64,000 nucleotides of DNA from Gemmatimonadales bacterium. GTDB taxonomy: Bacteria; Gemmatimonadota; Gemmatimonadetes; Gemmatimonadales; GWC2-71-9. The stretch lies in assembly GCA_037189525.1 (NCBI GenBank), contig JBBCJC010000005.1, positions 640,001 to 704,000 of the forward strand, given 5' to 3'. The stretch's first letter is position 1. Every line of letters starts with the position of its first letter. The position numbers were made by a program, and so were the translations under genes. The notes beneath the pieces are model-generated. The model worked only from the letters and a program-made list of their open reading frames with translations. It had not been told where the DNA came from and did not search any database. Positions 19,590 to 28,388 of this stretch are shown piece by piece.

Positions 19590-20810
19590 GTGGCTCTCTT
19601 AGACACTCTCCGACGGTACTACTCCGACTCGTATACGACGCGCTTTACGGCCGTCGTCACCGAAGCCACAGCGCTGGACGGGCATCCGGCGGTCGTGCTC
19701 GACCAGACCTATTTCTATCCGTCATCGGGCGGGCAACCGCACGACACCGGCACACTCAACGGCATCCACGTCACCGATGTCATCGTCCGCGATGACGGCG
19801 CCGTCGTGCACCGGCTCGAGGCCCCGATCGCTCTCGGTCCGGTGACCGGCGAGATCGATTGGACCCGCCGGCGTGACCACATGCAGCAGCATACCGCGCA
19901 GCATATCCTGTCACAGGCCTTCATCCGGATCGCCGACGCGCCCACCATCGGATTTCACTTGGGTCAGGACTACGTCTCGATCGACCTGGACGTGGCCGAG
20001 CTCGATGACGAACAGCGCAGCGCGGCCTTTGCCCTCGCGCGCGAGACCATCGAACGGGCCACGCCGGTCCGGGCCTGGTTTCCCGATAATGCGGAGCTGG
20101 CGACGATCGCCCTTCGGAAGACGCCCGATGTCGAGGGCGCCCTTCGGATCGTTGCCATCGGCGACTTCGATATCTCTGCCTGCGGCGGCACCCACGTAGC
20201 CAACACCGCCGAGATCGGCCTGATCCACTGGCTCCGGACCGAGCGGCTCAAGCGGGGCGTGCGCATCGCCTTCCACGCCGGCGACCGCGCCCAGCGCGAC
20301 TACGAGATCAAGCAGCGCATCACGACCGGGCTCGGCGCCACCCTCAGTTGCTCGCTCACCGAGTTGCCCGATGCGGTGACCCGCCTCCAGGCGGAGCTGC
20401 AGACCGCCCGCCGCGAGATCGCGCGCTTCCGCGACGAGGATCTCGACCGCGAAGCTGCGGAGCTCGTGAAGTCCGCTGCCGAAGGCCCCGACGGCGGCCG
20501 GCGGATCGTGGCCGTGTGGGCCAGTCGGCCGGTCGATGAGCTCCGCGCCCTCACCCTCAAGGCTACCGCAAGCCCGGGAGTCGTTGCGCTGCTGGCCAGC
20601 GCGTCGGCCGAGCGGACTCAGCTCGCGTTCGGCCGGTCGGAAGACCTCACGATCAACCTCAAGCCAGCTCTCGATGCCGCGCTGGCCGCGCTGGGCGGAG
20701 GTAAAGGCGGGGGCTCGAGGTTGATGCAGGCCGGGGCTGCCGGAGCGCCGATCGACACGGTCCGGCGGGCGCTGGATGCGGCGCTGCACCGGCTGGACGG
20801 TACCGGATGA
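19590..20810 (+). CDS. Free-standing alanyl-tRNA editing protein (AlaX-L type, with DHHA1 domain)
   Basis: FYPSSGGQPHD; HMQQHTAQH (HxxxH) and CGGTH (CxxxH) zinc motifs; GGKGGG; GTG start inferred. Confidence 0.88.
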   Translation: MALLDTLRRYYSDSYTTRFTAVVTEATALDGHPAVVLDQTYFYPSSGGQPHDTGTLNGIHVTDVIVRDDGAVVHRLEAPIALGPVTGEIDWTRRRDHMQQHTAQHILSQAFIRIADAPTIGFHLGQDYVSIDLDVAELDDEQRSAAFALARETIERATPVRAWFPDNAELATIALRKTPDVEGALRIVAIGDFDISACGGTHVANTAEIGLIHWLRTERLKRGVRIAFHAGDRAQRDYEIKQRITTGLGATLSCSLTELPDAVTRLQAELQTARREIARFRDEDLDREAAELVKSAAEGPDGGRRIVAVWASRPVDELRALTLKATASPGVVALLASASAERTQLAFGRSEDLTINLKPALDAALAALGGGKGGGSRLMQAGAAGAPIDTVRRALDAALHRLDGTG

Positions 20811-21457
20811 CACCCCGCGATGCCGCCGTCGGCTCCAGACGTCCTTCCCGGACCGTCCTCCTTCTGATTGCCGCGCTCGGCCTCCTGATTGCTGCGCATC
20901 TACTCGACCCGGCCGCCGTCATTCATCTCCGCTACCCTGCCGCCAACGATCGCGACTGGGGCCGTCTCCTCCGCATCCTGGGGTTCGCGCCCACCTGGCT
21001 TCTGGTCGCCGCTGCGTTCTGGATGCACGGCCGAGGCGGCAGCGACGACGAGAGTATCGCGGCGCGGGATACGGCGCTCGCCATTCTCGCCGCCATCGCC
21101 ATCGGAGGCCTGGGCGCCGAAGCTCTCAAGCTGATTTTCCGCCGAGAACGCCCCCTGCCGACCTTTCAGGGCTATTCGTTCCGGCCCTTTGCCGATCGTC
21201 CGTTCAGCACCGGTCGTCTGGGCCTGCCCAGCAGCCATACCATGGTGGCCTTTGCCGGCGCCGCGACTCTGGCGTCCCGCTATCCGCGGACCGGGTGGAT
21301 CGTCCTCGGTATGGCCGCCGGCTGCGGACTGACCCGAATCTTTGCCGGTGCGCATTTCCTGAGCGACGTCGTGGCAGGCGCCATCGGCGGGATCATTGCC
21401 GGCGTTGCGGCAACGCGCTGGGTCGCCGCGCGCCGCCAGAAGGTACGACTCGCATGA
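20807..21457 (+). CDS. PAP2 superfamily membrane phosphatase
   Basis: KLIFRRERP, PSSH and RIFAGAHFLSDV motifs. Confidence 0.88.
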   Translation: MTPRDAAVGSRRPSRTVLLLIAALGLLIAAHLLDPAAVIHLRYPAANDRDWGRLLRILGFAPTWLLVAAAFWMHGRGGSDDESIAARDTALAILAAIAIGGLGAEALKLIFRRERPLPTFQGYSFRPFADRPFSTGRLGLPSSHTMVAFAGAATLASRYPRTGWIVLGMAAGCGLTRIFAGAHFLSDVVAGAIGGIIAGVAATRWVAARRQKVRLA

Positions 21458-22056
21458 TCCGCTACGCACTGCTCAGCCTGGCGCTGCTGGTAGGGGGCTG
21501 CCGCGATCCGATTCCGGAAATTGCGGCGGACATCTCCGGGCATCCGCTCCCGAGTCCGGTGCCCCGCCCCGATTTCGTTCTGACCGACATGCGAGGGGGT
21601 AGCTACCATTTCGGCGATCGCACCCGGGGCCGCCTGACGCTGCTGTTCTTCGGCTACACCCACTGCCCCGACGTGTGTCCGGCCACCATGGAAAATCTGG
21701 GCGCCGTGATGAACCGGATGCCGGCCGTGGAGCGCGCAAAGCTGGACGTGGTCTTCGTCACCACCGACCCGGAACGGGATACCCCCGAACGGCTGCAACA
21801 GTGGCTCGGTCGCTTCGAAGGCGAAGTGGTGGGCCTGACCGGCACCATCGCGGAAGTCGAAGCTGCCCAGCGAGCGGCTCGGGTCGGCGTTGCCATTCGC
21901 GATACGGCCAGCGGCAACTACGCCGTCTCGCATGCGGCGCAGGTCCTGGTCTTCTCACCCGACGATTCGAGCCATGTGGCTTATCCGTTCGGGACCCGGC
22001 AGGCGAGTTGGGCCGCTGACATTCCCAAGCTCCTCGAACGGTGGACAGGCTCATGA
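21454..22056 (+). CDS. SCO1/SenC family copper chaperone, lipoprotein
   Basis: LVGGC lipobox, FFGYTHCPDVCP (CxxxC), DPERDT, conserved His (VSHA). Confidence 0.92.
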   Translation: MIRYALLSLALLVGGCRDPIPEIAADISGHPLPSPVPRPDFVLTDMRGGSYHFGDRTRGRLTLLFFGYTHCPDVCPATMENLGAVMNRMPAVERAKLDVVFVTTDPERDTPERLQQWLGRFEGEVVGLTGTIAEVEAAQRAARVGVAIRDTASGNYAVSHAAQVLVFSPDDSSHVAYPFGTRQASWAADIPKLLERWTGS

Positions 22057-22874
22057 CGTGGTGGTGTTCGGCAACCGGTTTACCCTGGTCGTGGAGCTGG
22101 CAGGCCTACCCCGGCGTCTGGCTCTTCATTGCCTTGCTGGGATTCAGTTACTGGCGCTTCGGTCGCGCGCCGGAAGATACCCAGGCCACGCGGTACTTTC
22201 TGAGCGGCCTGCTGGTTCTCTGGATTGCCCTCGATTGGCCGCTTGGTACGCTTGGCACCTATCTGGCCAGCGCCCATACCGGCCAGTTCATTCTGATTAC
22301 GCTGGGTGCGCCGGCGCTGTTGCTGCTGGGTCTCAAGCCCCGCCTGGCGGCGCTCGCGTCCGCCGATACGTTCGGCGCCCGGACCCTGCGGTTTCTGGCC
22401 CGGCCGGCGCCGGCATTCGTCGGCTACACCGTCCTTATGCTTGGTACGCATCTCCCGGATATCGTCGATCCGTTCATGGCCACCCAGTGGGGCACCTTCC
22501 TGATCGACATGCTGTGGCTCCTGGCCGGCCTGTTCCTCTGGTGGCCGGTGACGGCGCCCGAAGGATTCCGCCGGCTGGCCCCGCCCGCGGCCATGGGCTA
22601 CCTCTTCGTGCAGACCATTCCCGGTACCGCCCCGGCGGCGTTTCTGGTCTTTTCCCAGTATCCGCTCTACCGGCTCTATGAACTGGCGCCCAGGGTTACC
22701 GAAGTGCTGACCCCGCGTTACGACCATCAGGTCGCCGGGCTCCTGATGAAGATCGTCGGCGACCCCGTGGTCTGGATCGGCATCTCGGTGATCTTTTTCC
22801 GATGGGCTAACGCCGAGCGCCAGGCGGACCGTACCAGAACCCGAACCGAATCGGCGGCATCGCGCCCGGGCTGA
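22053..22874 (+). CDS. ctaG: Cytochrome c oxidase assembly factor, Caa3_CtaG family
   Basis: Multi-TM; ALDWPL...SAH, FLWWPV and DHQVAGLLMK; next to SCO. Confidence 0.8.
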   Translation: MTWWCSATGLPWSWSWQAYPGVWLFIALLGFSYWRFGRAPEDTQATRYFLSGLLVLWIALDWPLGTLGTYLASAHTGQFILITLGAPALLLLGLKPRLAALASADTFGARTLRFLARPAPAFVGYTVLMLGTHLPDIVDPFMATQWGTFLIDMLWLLAGLFLWWPVTAPEGFRRLAPPAAMGYLFVQTIPGTAPAAFLVFSQYPLYRLYELAPRVTEVLTPRYDHQVAGLLMKIVGDPVVWIGISVIFFRWANAERQADRTRTRTESAASRPG

Positions 22875-22914
22875 GAGTCGCGCCCGGGGCGAGATTCCCC
22901 GCTCTGAGATTGCC

Positions 22915-23880
22915 ATGGATTGGGATTCGACACTCCTTCCCCCCGCCCTTGCCCGATGGCTCGGCTACTCGGCCGCCTTTCTGATCATCGGCGCTGCGGC
23001 GTTCCGTTCGATCGTCCTGCCGCGAGCCGCGCGCTCGGGCGGCGATCCGGCACCCGCAGCTCGACGCGCAGTGACCATTGCGCGCCTGGCGAGCGTGTTG
23101 CTCGCGGTGGCGCTCCTGGGCCGCCTCTACTTCCAGGCCCGGTCGCTGATCGATCCAGAGGAACCGGTAACCCGGGATATTCTCCAGGCCATCCTGCAGG
23201 GACAATGGGGTAAAGGCTGGCTGGCCCAGGCGGCCGCGACGCTCGCTGCGCTGATCGGCTGGCGCCTGGTGGGCCGAACGGCGGCGTCTCCGGTGGGCAC
23301 GGCAGTCGCCAACCTCGCGGCGGTGCTGCTGGTCCTGACCATGCCGCTGACCGGCCACGCGGTCGGTCTGCCGGCGGCCGGGCGGCTTGGCTACCCGATG
23401 ACGGCGCTGCACGTGGGAACCGCGGCGGTCTGGCTCGGGACTCTGGCCGTCATGGTCATGGTCGCCCTGGGCCGCCGATCGGATCCGTCCCCCGTGGCAA
23501 CCGGTGCGCTGATCGGGGCTTTCTCTCCCGTCGCTCTGGTGACGGGACTGACCGCCATCGTCGCGGGCGTCATCGTCACCTGGCGCTACGTGGGCGGACT
23601 GGATGCGCTCGTCGGCACCGACTACGGCCGAGTCCTGTTGCTCAAGATCGGCCTGCTGACCATCATCGCGCTGCTTGGCGCGTACAACTGGCGCGTGGTG
23701 CTCCCCCGGCTCCAGCGGGACGGCAACACGCCGATCCGGCCCTCGGCCTCGCTCGAGGTAGGTGTGGGTGTCCTGCTGCTTGCTGCGACGGCATTGCTCG
23801 TTTCCTTCGGCGCTCCGGCCGGTCTGAGCGATGAAGACGCCGATACCGGGGAACATCAGGAAACCGCCATCCTGCCATAG
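22915..23880 (+). CDS. copD: CopD family copper transport/resistance membrane protein
   Basis: LTGHA, LHVGTAAVWLG and TDYGRVLLLK motifs. Confidence 0.85.
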   Translation: MDWDSTLLPPALARWLGYSAAFLIIGAAAFRSIVLPRAARSGGDPAPAARRAVTIARLASVLLAVALLGRLYFQARSLIDPEEPVTRDILQAILQGQWGKGWLAQAAATLAALIGWRLVGRTAASPVGTAVANLAAVLLVLTMPLTGHAVGLPAAGRLGYPMTALHVGTAAVWLGTLAVMVMVALGRRSDPSPVATGALIGAFSPVALVTGLTAIVAGVIVTWRYVGGLDALVGTDYGRVLLLKIGLLTIIALLGAYNWRVVLPRLQRDGNTPIRPSASLEVGVGVLLLAATALLVSFGAPAGLSDEDADTGEHQETAILP

Positions 23881-24076
23881 GCGAGAGGGGGCAGGCAAAC
23901 CTTGCCGCCCGTCCGCCATTCCTTCCCTCTTTTCCTCGAAGAAATCACCGTTTCGTCGCGTTCTCGGGCCTTTCCACCCTGGCCCCGAGCTTGCTGAAGA
24001 GAAGGCGATTGCCCTGCCCCGACCGGGACCCGGTCCGGCGGCATGAGGGCACCGATCAAAACTCTGAGGACCGTTC

Positions 24077-24742
24077 ATGATCAATCGCGCAACTCTCGGC
24101 ACCCTGGCGCTCGGTGCGCTGCTCGTCGCCGCGCCCGTTTCGGCCCAGACCGGCCTTGCCGTTCGTGCCAGCACGTTAGGCCTGGGCGGCGAACTCTCGT
24201 TCCGCGCCACGCCGTCCGTCAGCATTCGCCTCGGGGGCAACGCCTTGTCGCTCACCCGCGATATGACCGTCGACGACATCGACTATCAGGTGGAGCCCGC
24301 CCTCAAGAGCGCCACCGCCATCCTGGACGTCCATCCGCTCGGCGGAGGATTTCGCATCTCCGGCGGTCTGGTTTGGAGCGACAATCGAGCCGACATCGAA
24401 GCGCGCCTCAACGGCCCGATTACGATCGGCAATCGCACCTACACGCCGGATCAGGTCGGATCGCTGACGGGTGGAGTCGAGTACGACAAAAGCCTGGCCC
24501 CCTATCTCGGCATCGGAATCGGCGGCGGCGGCAAGGTTTCGCTGCTCCTGGATGCCGGGGTCGTTTTCAGCGGCCATCCGACGGCCGCCCTCTCCGGGAC
24601 CACCAACCTGACCGGACCGGAGCGCGACATCTTCAATGAAAACGTCGAACGCGAAGTTGCCGACTTCCAGGCGGAAATCGACAGTCGCTCCTACCTCAAG
24701 TTCTATCCGGTCGTTTCGCTCGGACTCCGGATCCGCCTCTGA
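24077..24742 (+). CDS. Hypothetical outer-membrane beta-barrel protein
   Basis: Signal peptide, STLGLG, APYLGIG, C-terminal YPVVSLGLRIRL; SD GAGGA. Confidence 0.72.
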   Translation: MINRATLGTLALGALLVAAPVSAQTGLAVRASTLGLGGELSFRATPSVSIRLGGNALSLTRDMTVDDIDYQVEPALKSATAILDVHPLGGGFRISGGLVWSDNRADIEARLNGPITIGNRTYTPDQVGSLTGGVEYDKSLAPYLGIGIGGGGKVSLLLDAGVVFSGHPTAALSGTTNLTGPERDIFNENVEREVADFQAEIDSRSYLKFYPVVSLGLRIRL

Positions 24743-24752
24743 GATAGCAATC

Positions 24753-24786
24753 GCCCCGACAGCGGACACATCGTCGCTGTCGGGGC
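24753..24786. terminator. GC-rich hairpin between convergent genes
   Basis: GCCCCGACAGCG...CGCTGTCGGGGC, 12-bp stem. Confidence 0.6.
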
Positions 24787-24858
24787 ACGTGTCAGGTGCG
24801 GTTGAAGCGGCTGGCCATCCAGGCTGACATAGCCAATCCGCTCGAGTTCGGCACCGAG

Positions 24859-26280
24859 TCAACCTTCGCCCATTGCCGTCCGCGCTCGCTCCGCCTCACC
24901 GACGGAGGCCCGCGCGGCGGCGCCGCTCCGCCACGCAACGACGCCGAAGAGAGTCCAGGCAAGGATCACGAACCACTCGAGCGGAAACGCACCTGCCGCA
25001 TCGACCCAATGCTGGCGAAGCTGGCCAATCAGGAGAAACAGGCTGCTCAACGCAGCCAGCACGGCCACCAGCGGCCCGGCCGGCAATCGGTACGGCCGCG
25101 GCCGATCGGGATCGACCCGCCGGAGACGCGGCAGCGAAAGCGACGTGAAAAAGTAGGCCAGTGACGCGGCGGCCGACCCTACGCTCACGATCGGAATGAC
25201 CCCACTCCGGCCGAGAAAACTCGCCAGCAGACCGAACACGGTAATGAACCCGATCGCCATCACGGGCGCCCCCGTCTTTGGGTCCAGTTTCCCGAATGCC
25301 GGGCCTACCATCCGCGACCGGCTCAATGCAAAGAGCAATCGGGACCCCGCCAGCGATGCGCCATTGCCGACCGTGATGATGCCGAGAACGCCGGTGACGA
25401 GCACCAGCCGAGTCAGAAACTCGTTACCGAATCGGAGCCTGAACGCCGAGGCGGCCGGCAGTTCCTGCGCAAGAATCGGCTGCCATGGCGTCACCATCCC
25501 GATGGCCAGCGCCGCCACCGCGTAATAGACCGCCGCAGCCAGGATGACCGCGACGACCATGAGGCCGAGCATCCGGGTCGAGGTTCCGGGGCTGCGCTCT
25601 TCGAAGAGCTGGGGGATCTCACTGAAACCGCTCAGGAACCACGGAACGGTGACCGTGACGGCCAGAATCCCCGACCAGGTCGCCGCCCCGCCGGCCGAGC
25701 CGAAAGCCGGATCGAGATTGCCTAACGAACCGCCGAACAGGCCGGCCCCGATGAACACGAGCGAGAGGCCGATCTTCCCGTAGGTCAGCCAATCCTGAAA
25801 CTTGGCCGCGCCGTGTACTCCCCGATAATTGAGCAGTGCCAGCCATGCCGTCCATCCCAATGAAATCAGCAAGCTGACCAGATGGATGTCCTGGCCGCGC
25901 CATCGATAGAGGAACGGGCCTCGAAGCCCCGGGAAGAGGACATCGAGCATCCATGCCAAGGTGATTGCGATGTACGGCACCACGAACGTCAGCATCAGCA
26001 TGATGGCCCATCCGACCACGAAGCCGACCCGAGGCCCGAACGCGCGATCGACGTAGACCGCTTCACCACCGGCGACTGGATAAGCAGACCCCAGCTCCGC
26101 ATAGCAGAGCCCGACCAGCGCCATCAGCAGACCGCCGAACAAGAATGCGACGACGGTGCCGATCGGGCCGGCCTGCCCGAACCAGACGCCCAGGTAGATG
26201 ATCCACCCGACGCCGACGATGCCACCGAACCCGATCGAAAAGAACTGCACACCACCGAGTGACTTCTTGAGATCGGTCAT
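24859..26280 (-). CDS. APC family amino acid/polyamine permease
   Basis: About 12 TM; GIVGVGW, YAELGSAYPVAGG and RPRPYR motifs. Confidence 0.9.
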   Translation of the reverse strand: MTDLKKSLGGVQFFSIGFGGIVGVGWIIYLGVWFGQAGPIGTVVAFLFGGLLMALVGLCYAELGSAYPVAGGEAVYVDRAFGPRVGFVVGWAIMLMLTFVVPYIAITLAWMLDVLFPGLRGPFLYRWRGQDIHLVSLLISLGWTAWLALLNYRGVHGAAKFQDWLTYGKIGLSLVFIGAGLFGGSLGNLDPAFGSAGGAATWSGILAVTVTVPWFLSGFSEIPQLFEERSPGTSTRMLGLMVVAVILAAAVYYAVAALAIGMVTPWQPILAQELPAASAFRLRFGNEFLTRLVLVTGVLGIITVGNGASLAGSRLLFALSRSRMVGPAFGKLDPKTGAPVMAIGFITVFGLLASFLGRSGVIPIVSVGSAAASLAYFFTSLSLPRLRRVDPDRPRPYRLPAGPLVAVLAALSSLFLLIGQLRQHWVDAAGAFPLEWFVILAWTLFGVVAWRSGAAARASVGEAERARTAMGEG

Positions 26281-26325
26281 AGCGTCGTCGCGGCCGGATG
26301 AGGGGCGAGGGAAGTCAGGATGCGA

Positions 26326-27288
26326 TCAGTAACTGGACGGTGTGGCGGACAGACCAAGCATCCGGCGCGCTTCGGCCGGGGTTGCCACGCCGCGGTTGAG
26401 TTCCTCGGCCAGGTGAGCCGCGCGAGCGACCAGCTGCGCATTACCCGTGGCCTTCTGTCCGCGGCGGAAATAAACATTATCCTCGAGTCCGACCCGCACA
26501 TGACCGCCAAGCAGGATGGCGAACGTCGTCATCGGCAGCTGGTGCGGACCGATACCCGAGGTGAGCCAGAGCGTGTTCTCGGGCATTTCGCGCACCAGAT
26601 TGATGACGTTCTCGAAGGTCGGCCAGCTCGAAGTCTGATAACCCATGACCGTCTGGATCCAGTAGGGAGCTTCGAGTACGCCGGCCTGGATCAGATCTCG
26701 CATGACCCACGGACCGCCGCTGTGGTAGGTCTCGAGTTCCGGCTTGACGCCCCACTTCTTCATTTCCGCCGCAAAGCGATTGACCAGGCGATAGCTGAAG
26801 GGCAAACACTCGTCGTAAACGACTTCCTCCCGCGGATACGGCAGCGGCGGCTTTCGCGCCGCCAGTTTGAACTTGCTCATGTCGGGAGTCAGGTTGAGTG
26901 ATGCCACCTCCGGCCGAGCCGGGAGACATTGCAGCCGTTCCTCCATCGTCATGTCCGGCCCGCCGCCGGTCGTATTGTTGATGATGATCTCGGGGCACCG
27001 CTCCCGAATTTTCCGGTTGACCTCGAGCCAAACTTCGGTCGTCGTCGCCGGCCGCGTCGTATTTTCCGGGTTCCGCGCGTGGACATGGACCATCGACGCT
27101 CCGGCCTGGTACGCTTCGTACACCGAATCCGCGATTTCATCGGCCGTTTCAGGCAGATGATCGTTGGACTCTTTGCCTTGGACACCGCCGTTACAGGCGC
27201 AGACGATGATGACCGGCGGCATCTTCCCGACGCGCTCGAGATATTCGTACGTATCCGCGTAGCGCCAGAGATAATCGTAGTTCGACAT
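26326..27288 (-). CDS. Beta-keto acid cleavage enzyme (BKACE/DUF849, Kce-like)
   Basis: AGASMVHVHAR (HxH), TTGG, PEVASL and HVRVGLEDN motifs; start at MSNYDYL. Confidence 0.9.
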   Translation of the reverse strand: MSNYDYLWRYADTYEYLERVGKMPPVIIVCACNGGVQGKESNDHLPETADEIADSVYEAYQAGASMVHVHARNPENTTRPATTTEVWLEVNRKIRERCPEIIINNTTGGGPDMTMEERLQCLPARPEVASLNLTPDMSKFKLAARKPPLPYPREEVVYDECLPFSYRLVNRFAAEMKKWGVKPELETYHSGGPWVMRDLIQAGVLEAPYWIQTVMGYQTSSWPTFENVINLVREMPENTLWLTSGIGPHQLPMTTFAILLGGHVRVGLEDNVYFRRGQKATGNAQLVARAAHLAEELNRGVATPAEARRMLGLSATPSSY

Positions 27289-27320
27289 CGATTGGGCGAT
27301 TCTGGTCTTGAGGGTGAGCG

Positions 27321-28385
27321 TTACGATCGGACCGCTCGGCGAGACCGGCGGTCCGAGGTTCGTGATTGTCGAATCCTGCCGGACGACGAGCGCTGCCCGG
27401 ATTTGAGCGACCGAATCGCCTCGACCAGTCGATCCCGGCGGGTCCGCTGCGCCGCCAGCGGTTCGGGCGCCAGCCGCGCGGTCTCCCGACCGATCCGTCT
27501 GAGTAACAGCCGATCCAATCGTACTGCATCGTTCAAATCCCGCCAGAGCCCGGCGTAGGACGGGCCATATCGGGTGAAATACTCCTCGACGCCATCGTCG
27601 GCATTGGTGTTGGCGACCCCGAACGGCCCCATCAACGCCCATCGGAGACCCAGACCGCTCCGAATCGAATCCTCGACGGCCAGGACATCGCAGACGCCCC
27701 GCGCCACCAGATCGAGCGCCTCTCGAACCAGCGCGGCCTGCATCCGGTTGAGCACGAAGCCGGGAACGAACTTGCGGAGCAGCACCGGCGTCTGCCCCAG
27801 TTCGCGCATGAACCCCACCACGTCACGAACGACACCTGGCGCGGTCCGTTCCCCGCCGAGAATTTCCACCGCGGGGATGACGTGGGGCGGATTGACAGGA
27901 TGGACCACGAGGCAGCGGCGCGCTCCGGGCAGACTGCGGGCAATTTTCGTCATGTCGATTGCGGAGGTACTGCTCCCGATCACCGCACCTACCGGAGCTA
28001 TGCGATCGATGGCGCGATACAGCGCCCGTTTGATATCGAGCGACTCGGGGCCGTTCTCCTGGATGTAGTCGACATCGGCCAACGCCTCATCCAATGATGC
28101 AGACGGATGGACACGGGCCAGCATCGTCTTGGCTTTGGCCACAGACAACGCACCGCACGCGACCCGCTCCGCGAGATCATCGCGCAACCACGCGAGCGCA
28201 CTCGCAAGGCGGGCGGGATCGGCATCGAACACTCGGACCCGGCACCCGGCGCGGGCAAAAACCTGCACCCAGCTCCGGCCGATGACACCCGCACCGATCA
28301 CGGCAACGGATCGGAATCGCGGCCTTCCACGCGCACGCCGTTTTCCCGCACGCGGACGTACTACGCGCTCAGCAGTTTTCGTCAC
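27321..28385 (-). CDS. 3-hydroxyacyl-CoA dehydrogenase family, carnitine/L-gulonate 3-dehydrogenase-like
   Basis: GAGVIGRSW, QENGPE, SSTS, HPVNPP and GLGLRWALMGPF motifs. Confidence 0.85.
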   Translation of the reverse strand: MTKTAERVVRPRAGKRRARGRPRFRSVAVIGAGVIGRSWVQVFARAGCRVRVFDADPARLASALAWLRDDLAERVACGALSVAKAKTMLARVHPSASLDEALADVDYIQENGPESLDIKRALYRAIDRIAPVGAVIGSSTSAIDMTKIARSLPGARRCLVVHPVNPPHVIPAVEILGGERTAPGVVRDVVGFMRELGQTPVLLRKFVPGFVLNRMQAALVREALDLVARGVCDVLAVEDSIRSGLGLRWALMGPFGVANTNADDGVEEYFTRYGPSYAGLWRDLNDAVRLDRLLLRRIGRETARLAPEPLAAQRTRRDRLVEAIRSLKSGQRSSSGRIRQSRTSDRRSRRAVRS

Positions 28386-28388
28386 ACA

